Assembly (NCBI GenBank): GCA_951406725.2
Contig: OX597819.1
Span: forward strand, 24,862,001 to 24,926,000
From: Octopus vulgaris
Taxonomy: Eukaryota
Direction: 5' to 3'
DNA: 64,000 nucleotides
In this document: positions 13,200-25,525 of the stretch, one piece after another
How the letters are laid out: each line of letters starts with the position of its first letter
Numbering within the stretch: the stretch's first letter is position 1
Position numbers and translations under genes: made by a program
Notes under the pieces: generated by a model
What the model was told of the DNA's origin: nothing
What the model saw: only the letters and a program-made list of their open reading frames with translations
The model's database searches: none

Positions 13200-14133
13200 G
13201 ATTAATTTATCGACCCCGAAAGGATGAAAGGCAAAGTCAACCTCGGCGGAATTTGAACTCAGGACGTAACGGCAGACGAAATACGGCTACGCTTTTCGCC
13301 CGGAGTTTCTGCTGGCTCGCCGCCTTAATAATAATAATAATCCTTTCTACTGGAAGCACAATGCCTCAAATTTTTCAGGAGGGAACTAGTCGGGGATTTT
13401 TGTGGTTTTTCGTCACTGCATGTCGAAATCTTTAAAAATATCTCTTTAATGTATCATATAGATATAATTTTTGACGTTGAATCCAAATTTGCTAGAAATA
13501 ACAGTCAAAACCTTGCTTAAAACTGACATTTATTAGTTTAAAAAATTCAAGAGCGAAAGTTGTGACCATCTCGTCACTGTTCTAAAATTTCTATATCATT
13601 CTAGAATCGAATTCCTTTTGTTATGAAAATAAACAATTATAGAACACGTGGTGGTTACACTCCTTGTGCGCATGCGCAGCATTTTTGATTACTATGGAAA
13701 CAGAGTTCTTCGCTATCAGCTATGAAACACGTGGTGCTTCTGGAAACAGATTTCTTCGCCACGGTGATGTGTAAAATACTCGCTTCTGATTGGCTAAAAT
13801 ACCCAAATTTTGTAAATTTTAAAGGCTAGCAACTTTTTGATTATGGATTTATTGGGAAAATGAATTTCATTTTCTTAATTAGTATACAAAACTTAATCCA
13901 TATATCAATTTTGAAAACAACTGGAACGAAATTGTATACAGTGACGAAAACCACAAAGATCCCCAGTTGATTACATCAATCCCAATGTTTTACTGGTACT
14001 TAATTTATCGACCTCGAAAGGATGAAAGGCAAAGTCGACCTCGGCGGAATTTGAACTCAGAACGTAGTGGCGAGTGAAATGCCGCTAAGCATTTCATCCA
14101 GCGCGCTAACGATTCTGTCAGCTTGCCGCCTTG
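13200..14133 (-). mobile_element. Two tandem SINE family B copies, the second interrupted by a DNA MITE
   Basis: B cores at 13200-13326 and 13965-14133, separated by (TAA)n; the tail of the second copy lies at 13340-13391. Confidence 0.8.
13392..13964. mobile_element. Non-autonomous DNA transposon with ~26-bp TIRs and 4-bp TSD (possibly Sola-like)
   Basis: ggggatttttgtggtttttcgtcactg ... cagtgacgaaaaccacaaagatcccc; flanks agtc and agtt. Superfamily is a guess from GGG termini and a 4-bp TSD. Confidence 0.8.
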
Positions 14134-14575
14134 ATAATAATAATAATAATGATAATAATAATAATAATATTCTCTGTTTTACACAGGACGACGGGTAAAT
14201 GGGACATTACAAAGACAAATAATAAACAGGAAACGTTTGTATAAGATATCCACCTAATTCCATTTAGTTAGAGGATAATACAAGCCAGGCTTTACTAATG
14301 TATGTAAAGAGGGTTTTTACTTTAATCCCTATTTGAGTATATATATATGTCATTAACAGCTACACACCCTCCCCAAGCGATGCTATAGGAAACACCCAGC
14401 ACTTTACACATTATAGCAGGTTAGGGTTAGGTAAAACAAAACGGGCTTACCGCACGCATATACAAAAAAAAACGATTTTTCGTAGACACACACGCACACA
14501 CAAATACACAACACACACACACACGTATATATATGTCGTGTGTATGTATGTATGTACACATGGATATGTATGTAC

Positions 14576-14637
<62 letters not shown>

Positions 14638-14667
14638 AATATTTGTTAAAACTTGTCCCTCGCATAG

Positions 14668-14742
<75 letters not shown>

Positions 14743-15640
14743 CGTGTACGCATACATACATATACATCACGCATTTATATTTATTTATTGTGAAAAGGAG
14801 AAAAGAGAAGATATTCCAGTGAGTACCCAAAAGCGGTTGGTAAATGTTTGAGATATTGGTGCCGGGAGAGAAGTACGTATAAGTAATAATAACGCCAATG
14901 TTTGGAACAGCAGCAAATGGAGATACTCTTAGAAATGAAAGAAGTCTGGAAGAAAAACAAAGAAAAAAAAGATAATAGCAAAAAAAAAAAAAAAGAAAAA
15001 AATTCGCATCAAAGATAAGAAAGAAAGAAGAAAATCAAACAACAAAATTTGAGTAAAATGGCTATGAAGGTATAAAGAAAAGGTGTATACATGATAGGCC
15101 GCGAGAGAGAGAGATGGAGAAAGTTGTGGTGGTGGTCGTGGTAGGGAACAAACAGATAGATAAAAAGCGTGAGATTATATAGACAAAACATTAGACGAGA
15201 TAGAAAGCGAAGTTATGTAGTCCAAGCTAATAATAATAGACACACGCAACTGTTGGTTCACTTATCTCAAGTTATTTTTCCTCTGAACTCTTTAAAAATA
15301 AATGTCTCTCTCAAACAACGAACGATTCTTTTACAATGATAAAAAAAAAAATCCTTTATTATATTCTTTTCTTTATGTATGTACTTATAATAATATTAAA
15401 AAATTATTTGTTTTTGTTTATTTATTACACATCACTTTGCTTTTGTTGTTTTTTTTTTTTTTTCGTTTTTGTTTTTCTATCGTATCATCCGACATTTTGG
15501 CAAACTCGAAACGTGGCGAAAGCGATAGAACATAAGTAAGTACATATACAAGATAAGGAGATGGAGACGGTTGGATAGGTTGCTTGTATCAGTGCTTGGT
15601 AAAGTTTTTTTCTTGAAGGTGGTGATCGTGAAACCTGTTC

Positions 15641-15884
15641 AGGATCTTGTTAAATTTCTTTTCAACCACTTGAAGTATTTTTCAATTTTCACCAGATTAT
15701 TTTTTAAAAATATAATTCAGATATAGTTTCGCATGCTGATAACAAAAATAGCATCAGTTTTTTTCCCTCCCCTATTTCGTTATCACAATGCAAAACTACA
15801 TCAGAAATAGATTAAAAAAACCCCAATAATCTGGTTAAAATTTGAAATACTAAAGGTGGTTGGAAGAAACTTAACATGATCCCC
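15641..15884. mobile_element. MITE with ~60-bp imperfect TIRs
   Basis: ggatcttgttaaatttcttttcaaccac...ccagattatt (15642-15701) is the inverted complement of aataatctgg...gtggttggaagaaacttaacatgatcc (15825-15882). Confidence 0.75.
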
Positions 15885-17044
15885 TATTTACTCTTTTTCT
15901 TTAAACAAATTCTCTTTTTATCTGTTTGTCGAGAGAAAGTAGTAACAGTAATTGATCCTTTTACAGGCCTATCAAAATTAGTGGTGGTGGTCGTGTGGAG
16001 AGTAACATTAAACCGGTAAATTGGTTCGAATGCATGCAGCAGACTCCGCCAAAGGCACCCAAGGTTGCTCGGAGGTAGGTAGTGTGCAACTGGGTGACGA
16101 AATAAGTTTACTACTCGAATAGGCTGTGGTAGGGGTTTCAACCTAGAACGCAAAGATCCCGAGCAAATACCGGAAGGTATCCTATCCAATGTTTTTACAA
16201 TTCCACCGATCCACCAGCCTTGTTGTTTTCGTCATCGATTCCAAACAAATAAAAAGCAATGTCGTGTAGAAGCCCGACGTGTGTGTATTTGTATAATAAT
16301 ATTAATAATAATAATTCTTATAATTATTTTAAGATGTGGGTTGTGATCTCAAGGGAAATTGTTATTTCTCCCACACTGGATTGCTAAATTTATTGAAAAC
16401 TCGATTATAAAAAAAAAAGGGAGTCTCATTGGTCAATCCGGGGCTATTATAGAAAGACACCCAAAGTACTGCATGTGACATCAAATCCAGTACCACGTGG
16501 TTGAGAAGCAAACTTTTTTAATTCCACCGCCACCCAGCATTATTCCACCATTAAACATTTATTTTCAATGTACAAAAACGTATTTTTATGGGATTAAGCT
16601 ATACTAAGCAGATCATCGGATTAATCAAAATTAGGAATTGTATCAACTTTGTTCGGTAAAGTGAAATCGTTGTTACAAAACATATTAAAATTAATCTTTT
16701 AAAATTGACGGTTATTTTACCTTTCGTCTTCCGGTTTTTATGACCTTACTTTGATATATATATACGAAAAAAGAAATTTAAAAATTGATCACCCATATGT
16801 GAGGAGGAGTACTGGCATCAAGCTTATTTGAGTCATCAGTTCAAAACTCTTGCTTCTGGCATTGCTTTGTCGCAATCGTTCGCTCGGACAATTGATTGAG
16901 GATGACCACATTTGTAGTGATAGTGGCACGAAGATTAACTATTCACGGCGATATTGTAGTTGTTGTTGTCTAGTCCCAGCTCAGCAGGACTTTGATCAAA
17001 AGTGTTGCGATCGTTAAAGCAAATGCATAGATTATGTATCTATA

Positions 17045-17433
17045 CTCTTACTCTTTTACTTGTTTCAGTCATTTGACTGCGGCCATACTGGAGCACCACC
17101 TTCAGTCGAGCAAATCGACCCCAGGACTTATTCCTTGTAAGCCTAGTACTTATTCTATCGTTCGCTTTTTGCCGAACCGCTAAGTTACGGGGACGTAAAC
17201 ACACCACCATCGGTTGTCAAGCGATGTTGGGGGACAAACACAGACACAAACACACACACATACATATATACGACAGGCTTCTTTCAGTTTCCGTCTACCA
17301 AATCCACTCACATGGCTTTGGTCAGCCCGAGGCTATAGTAGAAGACACTTGCCCAAGGTGTCACGCAGTGGGACTGAACCCGGAACCATGTGGTTGGTAA
17401 GCAAGCTACTTACCACACAGCCATTCCTGCGCC
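17045..17433 (-). mobile_element. SINE family A
   Basis: Full-length reverse-complement copy; followed by (TATG)n and a plus-strand 3' half at ~17570-17785. Confidence 0.9.
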
Positions 17434-18310
17434 TACAAAATAAAGCAGGAAACTGATTGACATTACTTGGAGTATGTATGTATGTATGTGTGTGTGTGTG
17501 TGTGTGTATGTGTGTATGTATGTATGTATGTATGTATGTATGTATGTATGTATGTATGTATGTATGTATGTGTCTTTGTGTTTGTCCACCCCACCGATTA
17601 ACAACCGATGTTGGTTAGCTTACGTCCTTGTAACTTAGCAGTTCAGCAGAAGAAAACCATATACCAATTTACCAAAATAAGTACCAGACTTTAAATAAAA
17701 TAAGTATTGGGGTAGATTTGTTCGACTAAAACCCTTCAAGGTGCTGCCTCAGCATTGCCACTGTCCAATGACTGAAATAAATACATGTAAAGGCTGCATA
17801 GAGGCTCCTACTTCGCTCGTTTTCTGTCAATAGTTCAATTTTTATTTTTACCCCGGTTAGATAAATACCTTGACCATTGTTATCATATTACGTAATATTA
17901 TATTTCTTTCCTTGCGAAGTCTTTATCTCAATGTTACCGGCCTTATTAAAATTCATTTTATCATTCTGACCAGTTGATTATACATAATGGTCATTTTTTT
18001 TTACTACCCGCCTATCGTTAATCTTTTTCACGAAACTATTCTATTCGTCGAGTAGTGTCATTAAAACGTTGGTAATAAACCACTCGGTGACATCTCACCC
18101 AAGACATATAACAAGATACTTAACTCGACCTTTGGGGAGAGATCACTGTAAATGAGTGTCTCTCGGGGCTCGAAAGGAGGCAGCTGTTTATGGCCAACGA
18201 TATATGTTATATCTCAGCAGCCAGAAAATAAAGAATCCGATTCATTATTATACAAGTCTCTCATTAGAGTTAGGATTCAAGCTTCAGTGGCACACACTAT
18301 CGTCCTGTAT

Positions 18311-18345
<35 letters not shown>

Positions 18346-18497
18346 TTCGCTTGCTCATCCATCAATACGTTTTGCATTCACCAACTTGTACACGTACGTA
18401 TATGTATGCGTGTATGCTAACAGATATGTATGTATGTATATTCATTGTTCATTGTATATGTATTGTGTTCCTCACAATAACATGCTTATACGCAGAC

Positions 18498-18912
18498 TCT
18501 CTCTTTTTACTCTTTTACTTGTTTCAGTCATTTGACTGCGGCCATGCTGGAGCACCGCCTTTAGTCGAGCAAATCGACCCCGGGACTTATTCTTTGTAAG
18601 CCCAGTACTTATTCTATCGGTCTCTTTTGCCGAACCGCTAAGTGACGGGGACGTAAACACACCAGCATCGGTTGTCAAGCAATGCTAGAGGGACAAACAC
18701 AGACACACAAACATATACATACACATACATACATATATATATACATATATATACGACAGGCTTCTTTCAGTTTCCGTCTACCAAATCCACTCACAAAGCA
18801 TTGGTCGGCCCGAAGCTATAGCAGAAGACACTTGCCCAAGATGCCACGCAGTGGGACTGAACCCAGAACCATGTGGTTGGTAGGCAAGCTACTTACCACA
18901 CAGCCACTCCTG
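18498..18912 (-). mobile_element. SINE family A (young)
   Basis: Near-identical to 5641-6035. Confidence 0.9.
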
Positions 18913-19108
18913 AGCCTTGAGTTTTTTTTAAAACAAGCCCACACAAATAATTCTTTCTACTATATAAGCACAAGGTTTGAAATTTCGGAGTTGGGTGGGG
19001 TGGGGTGCGGTGTAGTCGTTTACATCGATTCCAGTGTTCAACTGGTACTTTAGTTTATCGATCTCTGAAGTGATGAAAGGTAAAGTCAACCTCAGCATAA
19101 AGCCGGAA

Positions 19109-19904
19109 GGGATCTTTGTGGTTTTCGTCACTGTTTATAATTACTTAAAAAAAATTTCTTTTTAATGTATCATATAGATGTAATTATTAACGCTGAATCC
19201 GAATTTGTTATTCATTTTATTCCATAAAAATTTTGCAGGTGTTCAAAGTTTGATCATTTTCAGACAATCAGAAAACAAGCACGTTCGCTTCCACCATCCG
19301 GGTGTGTGGGGGTGGGGCGCCAGCATGACAAAACATTAAACTAACTACAGTAAACAATGAAAAACATGAAAACATTCGCGAGCGAATTGAATATTTAAAA
19401 GCTACGAACAAACCAACAGGAGTTGCTAGAAATAAGTCAAAATATTAAAATATACACGAGCAAAGTTAACATTAAAACATTCGCAAGCAAATTAAGTATT
19501 TAAAAGCTACGAACAAACTAACAGGAGTTGCTAGAAATAACAGTCAAGACATTAATTAAAATAGACATTTATTACTTTAAAAAAATTCAAGAACGAATGT
19601 TTGCAATGCCCTCTAGGATTTTATGAAATAAATTATCTTTTTCGTATTTCCTTCTCCACATAAGATAAGAGTCAACCATGCCCAGATACTTTCAATTTGT
19701 TGAATGTGAATCCCATCGTGGTGGTTACAGTCCTTGTGCGCACGCGCAAAATATTTGGTTACTATAGAAACAGATTTCTTCGCCACGGTGATGTCTAAAA
19801 TACTCGCTTCTGATTGGCTAAAATACCCAAATTTTGTAAATTTTAAAAGTTAATAACTTTTTAATTATGGATTTATAAGAAAAATGAATTTCATTTTCAT
19901 AATT
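19109..19904. mobile_element. Longer copy of the 13392-13964 DNA transposon, 3'-truncated
   Basis: Same left TIR gggatctttgtggttttcgtcactg and shared body (gccacggtgatgt...ttctgattggctaaaatacccaaatttt); internal ~80-bp duplication at ~19370-19450 and ~19476-19557; right TIR missing. Confidence 0.8.
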
Positions 19905-19911
19905 TCCCCAC

Positions 19912-19957
19912 GACACCTGATGAAGGCTGGAGGGTATATCAGCCGAAACGTTGTATT
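19912..19957 (+). ncRNA. Minimal type I hammerhead ribozyme motif in a Penelope-like fragment (19901-20010)
   Basis: GACAC-CTGATGA-A-GGCTG(gagggtatat)CAGCC-GAAA-CG-TT-GTATT: intact core, 5-bp stem II, palindromic AACGTT stem III, stem I with one mismatch. Confidence 0.7.
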
Positions 19958-20572
19958 AACAACAAATAAGATGAAGACAAATATCCGTCAAATGTAAATA
20001 ATATAAATGATGTTGGTTTGTTTATATTCTCGTAACTTAGCAGTGAGAATTGAGTTGATCAATTGAAATATCTGTTGATTGAATTAGCGTGCAGGGCAAT
20101 CTTTCGATATTGGTACACTACTCCACACAAGCTTCCGTCATGACAGAGATAAAAGAGGCTAGGCTCAAATTGAGGGTGAATGACGTTGTCTCCTCACACA
20201 AGCACTCTGTAGACCAACATCGAAGGAGTGCCGAAATTCGCATAGCAAGCACAACGTACCGGGTTCGATCAAACTACGTAGTATCTTGGGCAAGTGTCGT
20301 TTACCTTTTCCTCGGGTTCACCCAAGTTTTGTAAATGAAATTGGATTGACGGAAACTGAACGAATGTTTGTAGAATAAGTTATCTTTGTAATACAGGGTT
20401 AGAGCGCTGCCACACTTACCGTCGCATCATGCCGATTCTCCCCAAGGATTAAGTTAATGAGTGATGCGCGTGTCTGTGACATGCTCACCTCACGCGCACA
20501 CACATACATCAAAGCGTTGTGAATAGATCTGGTAGATGGAAAGTAAAAGGAGCCCTCATGTGTGTGTGTGTG

Positions 20573-20613
<41 letters not shown>

Positions 20614-21387
20614 CCAACCCACTGCTTGAAACCGGTGTTGGTTTGTTTACGACCCTGTAAATTAGTTGTTCGGCAAAAGAGACCAATAGAAAAAGTACCA
20701 GGCTTTTTTTAAAAAAACAAAAACAAACAAAAATCATAAGCTCGACTAAACCCTTCAAAAGCAGTGTGCCCCATCATCTGGTGACTGAAACAAGTAAAAA
20801 AAAAAAAAAAAAGAAGATAAATAACCACGTGAAAAAAACAGCGGAAAGAAAGCATTGTTTTAAACGGAAGCACCAAGTTGATCAAATTGCCCTAGAAATA
20901 AGGGGACAGAATGAGAGGGGGAATGGTAGAAAAACAATAGGACGAAGAAATTTGTAGTATGTTGGTTTGGATCTGATACCGTTTCCATCGTTTTGTTCTC
21001 GTTTACGGCTTTACGTTTCTCTTATCTTCCTTCCTTCCTGTCTGCGAGTCCTTTATTTTTCTATCTGTGAGCCTTTATCTTTTCTTTCTCCTCCCCACTT
21101 TCTCATCTTTCATCTTCAATCAGTCTAGTAGTTATATCTTACCCCCTTTCCTTATATCTATTCTCTCTTTATTTTCTCTTCATGGGCAATGGTTGTATGG
21201 TTAAGAAGCTCGCTTTGTAGCCACGCGGTTTCGGGTTCAATTCCACTTGGTGGCACCTTGCACAAGTGTCTGACTGATGTCTTTTGAGTGAATTTTGGTT
21301 GACTGATGTCTTTTGAGTGAACTTGATTGCTCATCATATCTGTCGATCGATCGGTCTGTCTGTCTGTCTGTCTCTACCTATCTATCT

Positions 21388-21645
21388 CACGGGTAAACCT
21401 CACCTGTCCTCCCCTTTACACTTCATATTGACATTTCTGTGATTACGATCCCTATTGATCAACTTTTTTTCCCCTCTCCCCCCCTTTTTAAAAAAAATCC
21501 TCCCCTTCTTTTTGTCCTCTTTCTTTCCTTTTACGATCCCTTTTGATCGAAAACCAACCCCCTTTTTTTTTACCCCCAAAAGAAAAGCTCTACCTTGTAA
21601 TTTGTTCTGTCTGTGTGCAGCCCTGTGTGGCTAATAAAGAAACAT
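21388..21645 (+). mobile_element. LINE 3'-UTR-like fragment (possibly Tx1/L1-type) inserted in a family A SINE
   Basis: Pyrimidine-rich, ends ...tctgtgtgcagccctgtgtggctaataaagaaa, flanked by tatcta; the SINE A halves lie at ~21183-21320 and ~21650-21860. Confidence 0.55.
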
Positions 21646-22189
21646 ATCTATGTGTGTGTGTATTTACTTGTCATCCCCCGCTACTGCTTGACAACCGGTG
21701 TTGGTTTGTTAAAATCCCCTTAACTTAGTGGTTCGGCAAAAGACGCCAGTAGAATAATTACTAGACTTTAAAAAAAAAAGCATAAGTAATGGAGTCGATT
21801 TGTTCAAGTCGGTGCCCCCAGTATGACCGCAGTTCAATGACTAAAACAAATAAAAAAATTACCTCCTTATTTTCACTCCCTCCCTCTCTCCCTCTTTTCT
21901 CTCTCTCTTTTCTCTCTCTCTCTCTCTCTCTCCCTCTTTCTCGTCGTCTTTTCTATCCATCATCGTTTCTTCGTCTTTCACCTCCGTTTCTTACTTTTTT
22001 TCTTTGCTATCTTTATTTCAGAATTTAAAAAATAACAAACAAAAAAATACAAAACTATTAAAAACTAATACATAAATAACTAAATAAATAAATAAATAAA
22101 TAAATAAAAATAAATATCAAGTAAAACAAAATTACAATAAAAGATAACGAACTCCAACAAAAGAAAACAACAAATCCTTATAATCTCAC

Positions 22190-22400
22190 CCGTCCAACTT
22201 CACGTTGCCACCCAAAGCTTGCTGGATTCGAAGTGAGAAACGGAATCCAGTGTAAAGTGTAGTATAAATCTCAAGTTTATTACGTTGATGAAGTGATGAT
22301 AGAGAGAGAAGCGATGGCGGCTCCCTCTCTCTCAAATGTAGACGGCGCGGGGTTTTTTTTTTCTCCCTAAAACGTCCATTAAACTTCTGTCCAGACAACG
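22190..22400 (-). other. Candidate non-coding first exon / promoter on the minus strand
   Basis: Unique CpG-containing sequence with minus-strand GCCGCCAT (YY1-like) and a GG|GTGAGA donor-like site at 22189; no downstream exon identified. Confidence 0.2.
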
Positions 22401-22423
22401 AACATTTGTTTCTGCTCCTGTAC

Positions 22424-22462
<39 letters not shown>

Positions 22463-22530
22463 TAGTAGGGTATATACCCCTTTATCTTATTGATATAAGT
22501 TTGCGTATGTGTGCGTGCGGGCGCGCATGT

Positions 22531-22954
22531 ACTCTCTTTACTCTTTTTACTCTTTTACTTGTTTCAGTCATTTGACTGCGGCCATGCTGGAGCACCGCCT
22601 TTAGTCGAGCAAATCGACCCCGAGACTTATTCTTTGTAAGCCCAGTACTTATTCTATCGGTCCCTTTTGCCGAACCGCTAAGTGACGGAGATGTAAACAC
22701 ACCAGCATCGGTTGTCAAGCAATGCTAGGGGGACAAACACAAACACGCAAACACATACACACACACATATATATATATATATACATATATACGACAGGCT
22801 TCTTTCAGTTTCCGTCTACCAAATCTACTCCCAAGGCATTGGTCGACCCGGGGCTATAGCAGAAGACACTTGCCCAAGATGCCACGCAGTGGGACTAAAC
22901 CCAGAACCATGTGGTTGGTTAGCAAGCTACTTACCACACAGCCACTCCTGCGCC
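22531..22954 (-). mobile_element. SINE family A (young)
   Basis: Near-identical to 18498-18912. Confidence 0.9.
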
Positions 22955-23424
22955 TACTACTACTACTACTACTACTACTACATGTAACTGTCCTAAGTAT
23001 CTTACCCTACCTATGTTTCTTTATATTTTTTTTTAATATTTATTTAGTTTAAGCACGTTCACTCCCACTCAGATATGCACGATCACTTGCATACACACAC
23101 ACACACACACACACACTTTTACTTGTTTTTAGTCCCTGGATTGTGGCCACGATGGGGCACCACACATTGAATTCTTTAGTCAATTAGATCAACCCCGGTG
23201 CTTATTCTTTGAAAGCCTGCCTCTTTTCCCCCTTTTTATCACAAGCACGCACTCTGACACACACAGGATCGCTTCACCTGTTAAAAATAGTGACCAAATT
23301 TCCTTCGAACGACAGAAAAAAAAAGCGCAGGAGTGACTGTGTGGTAAGTAGCTTGCTTCCCAACCACATGGTTCTGGGTTCAACTACATGGTTCTGAGTT
23401 CACCAATAGTATCCACGCACGCAC

Positions 23425-23642
23425 GCGGCAGCGAGCTGGCAAAATCGTTACCGCGCCGTACGAAATGTTTAGCAGTATTTCTTCTGGTTCTTTACATTCT
23501 GAGTTCATATTCTGCCGAGGCCGACTTTGCCTTTAATCCTTTCGGAGTCGATATAATTAAGTACTAGTCAAGCACTGGAGTCCATGTAATCGACTTAGCT
23601 TCTGCCCACAAACCGCTGGCCTTGTTCCAAATTTTGAAACTA
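23425..23642 (+). mobile_element. SINE family B
   Basis: ggcagcgagctggcaaaatcgtta...gccgactttgcctttaatcctttcggagtcgat. Confidence 0.8.
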
Positions 23643-23675
<33 letters not shown>

Positions 23676-24304
23676 CAATACGAAGACTTGCTTTAAAAAT
23701 GGCTCGTGTCACTAAGAGTTTTTTGAGAAAATTTCTTCATATATGCGCGCGCATATGTTGTGTGTGTTTGTGTAGTTGTCTTATTAGATCCAAGATCGAA
23801 CCTGTTAGTGATTCTTACCCCACCTCTCTCTCTCATGTATGTATGTATGTATGTATGTATGTGTGTGTGTGTGTGTGAACTTTTATTCACAACGCCCACA
23901 TTCGAATAATGGTAGTCTTATCCGTTCTCCAAACACACACCTACATAGTATGTATTTAAGCATTGGGCCCTTTTAAGGTATATATATCCCATTCCTTTGA
24001 AATCTTGTTTGCCAAAACATTAACTCTGCGCTACAAAGATAGAAATATCTTTTTGTTTTCTGTCATGCATACACATATACTGAAAGATATTTTCTTTCGG
24101 TCATATATATTATAAAAACGAATACGTCTCCACCAATTACAAATTGTTCACACTACGCTATCTTTGTTTTCCTCTCGCACCACCTCTCACTCACTCTCTT
24201 TCTCATCTCCTTCACTATGATTTTCTTTGGTAGAGTATTTTTTTCTGTACCTTACTTCTGTCTTGTATATATATATTTTTTGTAGATTGATTCATTTTCA
24301 TATA

Positions 24305-24519
24305 CGAGAGAATGCTGAAAAGTCCCTGACTTTAAGGGTGTCGCGAAAGGCTTGGCGGGAGGCCAAACCTTCCGAGTCCTTTTACGGGGTTTAGAAAAAC
24401 TGAAGGACCACTGCAATAAGTGTGAATCTGAGAAGGGAATATGTTGCACAAAATCATAATTAACTGATCCTCCTGTATTTTCTTTTATCCAAAGCCAGAA
24501 ACTTTTCAGCACCCCCTCG
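24305..24519 (+). mobile_element. Tc1/mariner-derived MITE
   Basis: TA flanks; TIRs cgagagaatgctgaaaagtccctgacttt / aaagccagaaacttttcagcaccccctcg; internal GLEKLKDHCNKC...EYV resembles a mariner transposase C-terminus. Confidence 0.8.
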
Positions 24520-24659
24520 TACACGCTGGAGAAGGTGGCTGTAGTGGTGTGGTAATTGCGGTGGTGGTGGTGGTGGATTTTATTAAGTGTTGCTACCGGT
24601 TCTGCCATGTCCCAAATCTTCAGAAAGATCTCAAACACGGCTGTAGCAAGATTAAGCAT

Positions 24660-25045
24660 TTATCAAGTTTAGAGTGCGACCGTTACTATATATTAATTAG
24701 ACAGAATTAAAGGGAGTCGGTGGACAGTCAACCGGTATATATTATTGACTCGGGGACTAGAGAGCCAAAGTGGAACTGTGTCTGATGGGTCCCACCTGAA
24801 AACGGAAAACTGTCAACTCTTGCATCCCCTTGTACAGCAAAGGAAGAGGGAAAATAGCTAAAAACGGTAAAGTCCTTAATTTTTGTTTCCTCTAATCCCA
24901 GATGAACCCACATCGTGACAGGAAGCACAAGGACAGCTCCATCCTACTCGCTTCTTCAACAAAAATAGTACAGAAAGATCTCCAAAACACTGAAAGGCGG
25001 TGCACCAGCTTCTGGCTGAAACCAATAAAAAATAAAAGAATATCA
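24660..25045 (+). mobile_element. Decayed CR1-like LINE 3' end
   Basis: Frames give IPDEPTS*QEA (from 24895) and RTAPSYSLLQQ, like the CR1 C-terminal IPDEP...AASNSL motif; ends aaaggcggtgcaccagc...gctgaaaccaataaaaaataaaag. Confidence 0.6.
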
Positions 25046-25176
25046 CAAAGCTGTAACATTCTGTATGTGCTTTTCAATTTGACGTGACATGTCAATTTCA
25101 GATTTGTGTTTGTTGTCGTGATGAGGAGGCCTGTCAGTTTGCAGAATGTGTTTAGTTATTACGCTTTACGTTCTGA

Positions 25177-25525
25177 GGAGGCGCAATGGCCCAGTGGTTA
25201 GGGCAGCGGATCGCGGTTTCGATTCCCAGACCACGCGTTGTGAGTGTTTATTGAGCGAAAACACCTAAAGCTCCACGAGGCTCCGGCAGGGATGGTGGTG
25301 ATCCCTGCCGTACTCTTTCACCACAACTTTCTCTCACTCTTTCTTCCTGTTTCTGTTGTACCTGTATTTCAAAGGGCCGGCTTTGTCACTCTGTGTGTCA
25401 CGCTGAATATCCCCGAGAACTACGTTAAGGGTGCACGTGTCTGTGGAGTGCTCAGCCACTTACACGTTAATTTCACGAGCAGGCTGTTCCCTCATCGTCG
25501 TAACTGACGGAGTGCTTCCACATTG
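25177..25525 (+). mobile_element. SINE family C nested in an old family B SINE
   Basis: TSD acgttctgag at 25168-25177 and 25526-25535; the B core resumes after the insertion (gccgaagtcaactttgacttcatcc). Confidence 0.9.
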
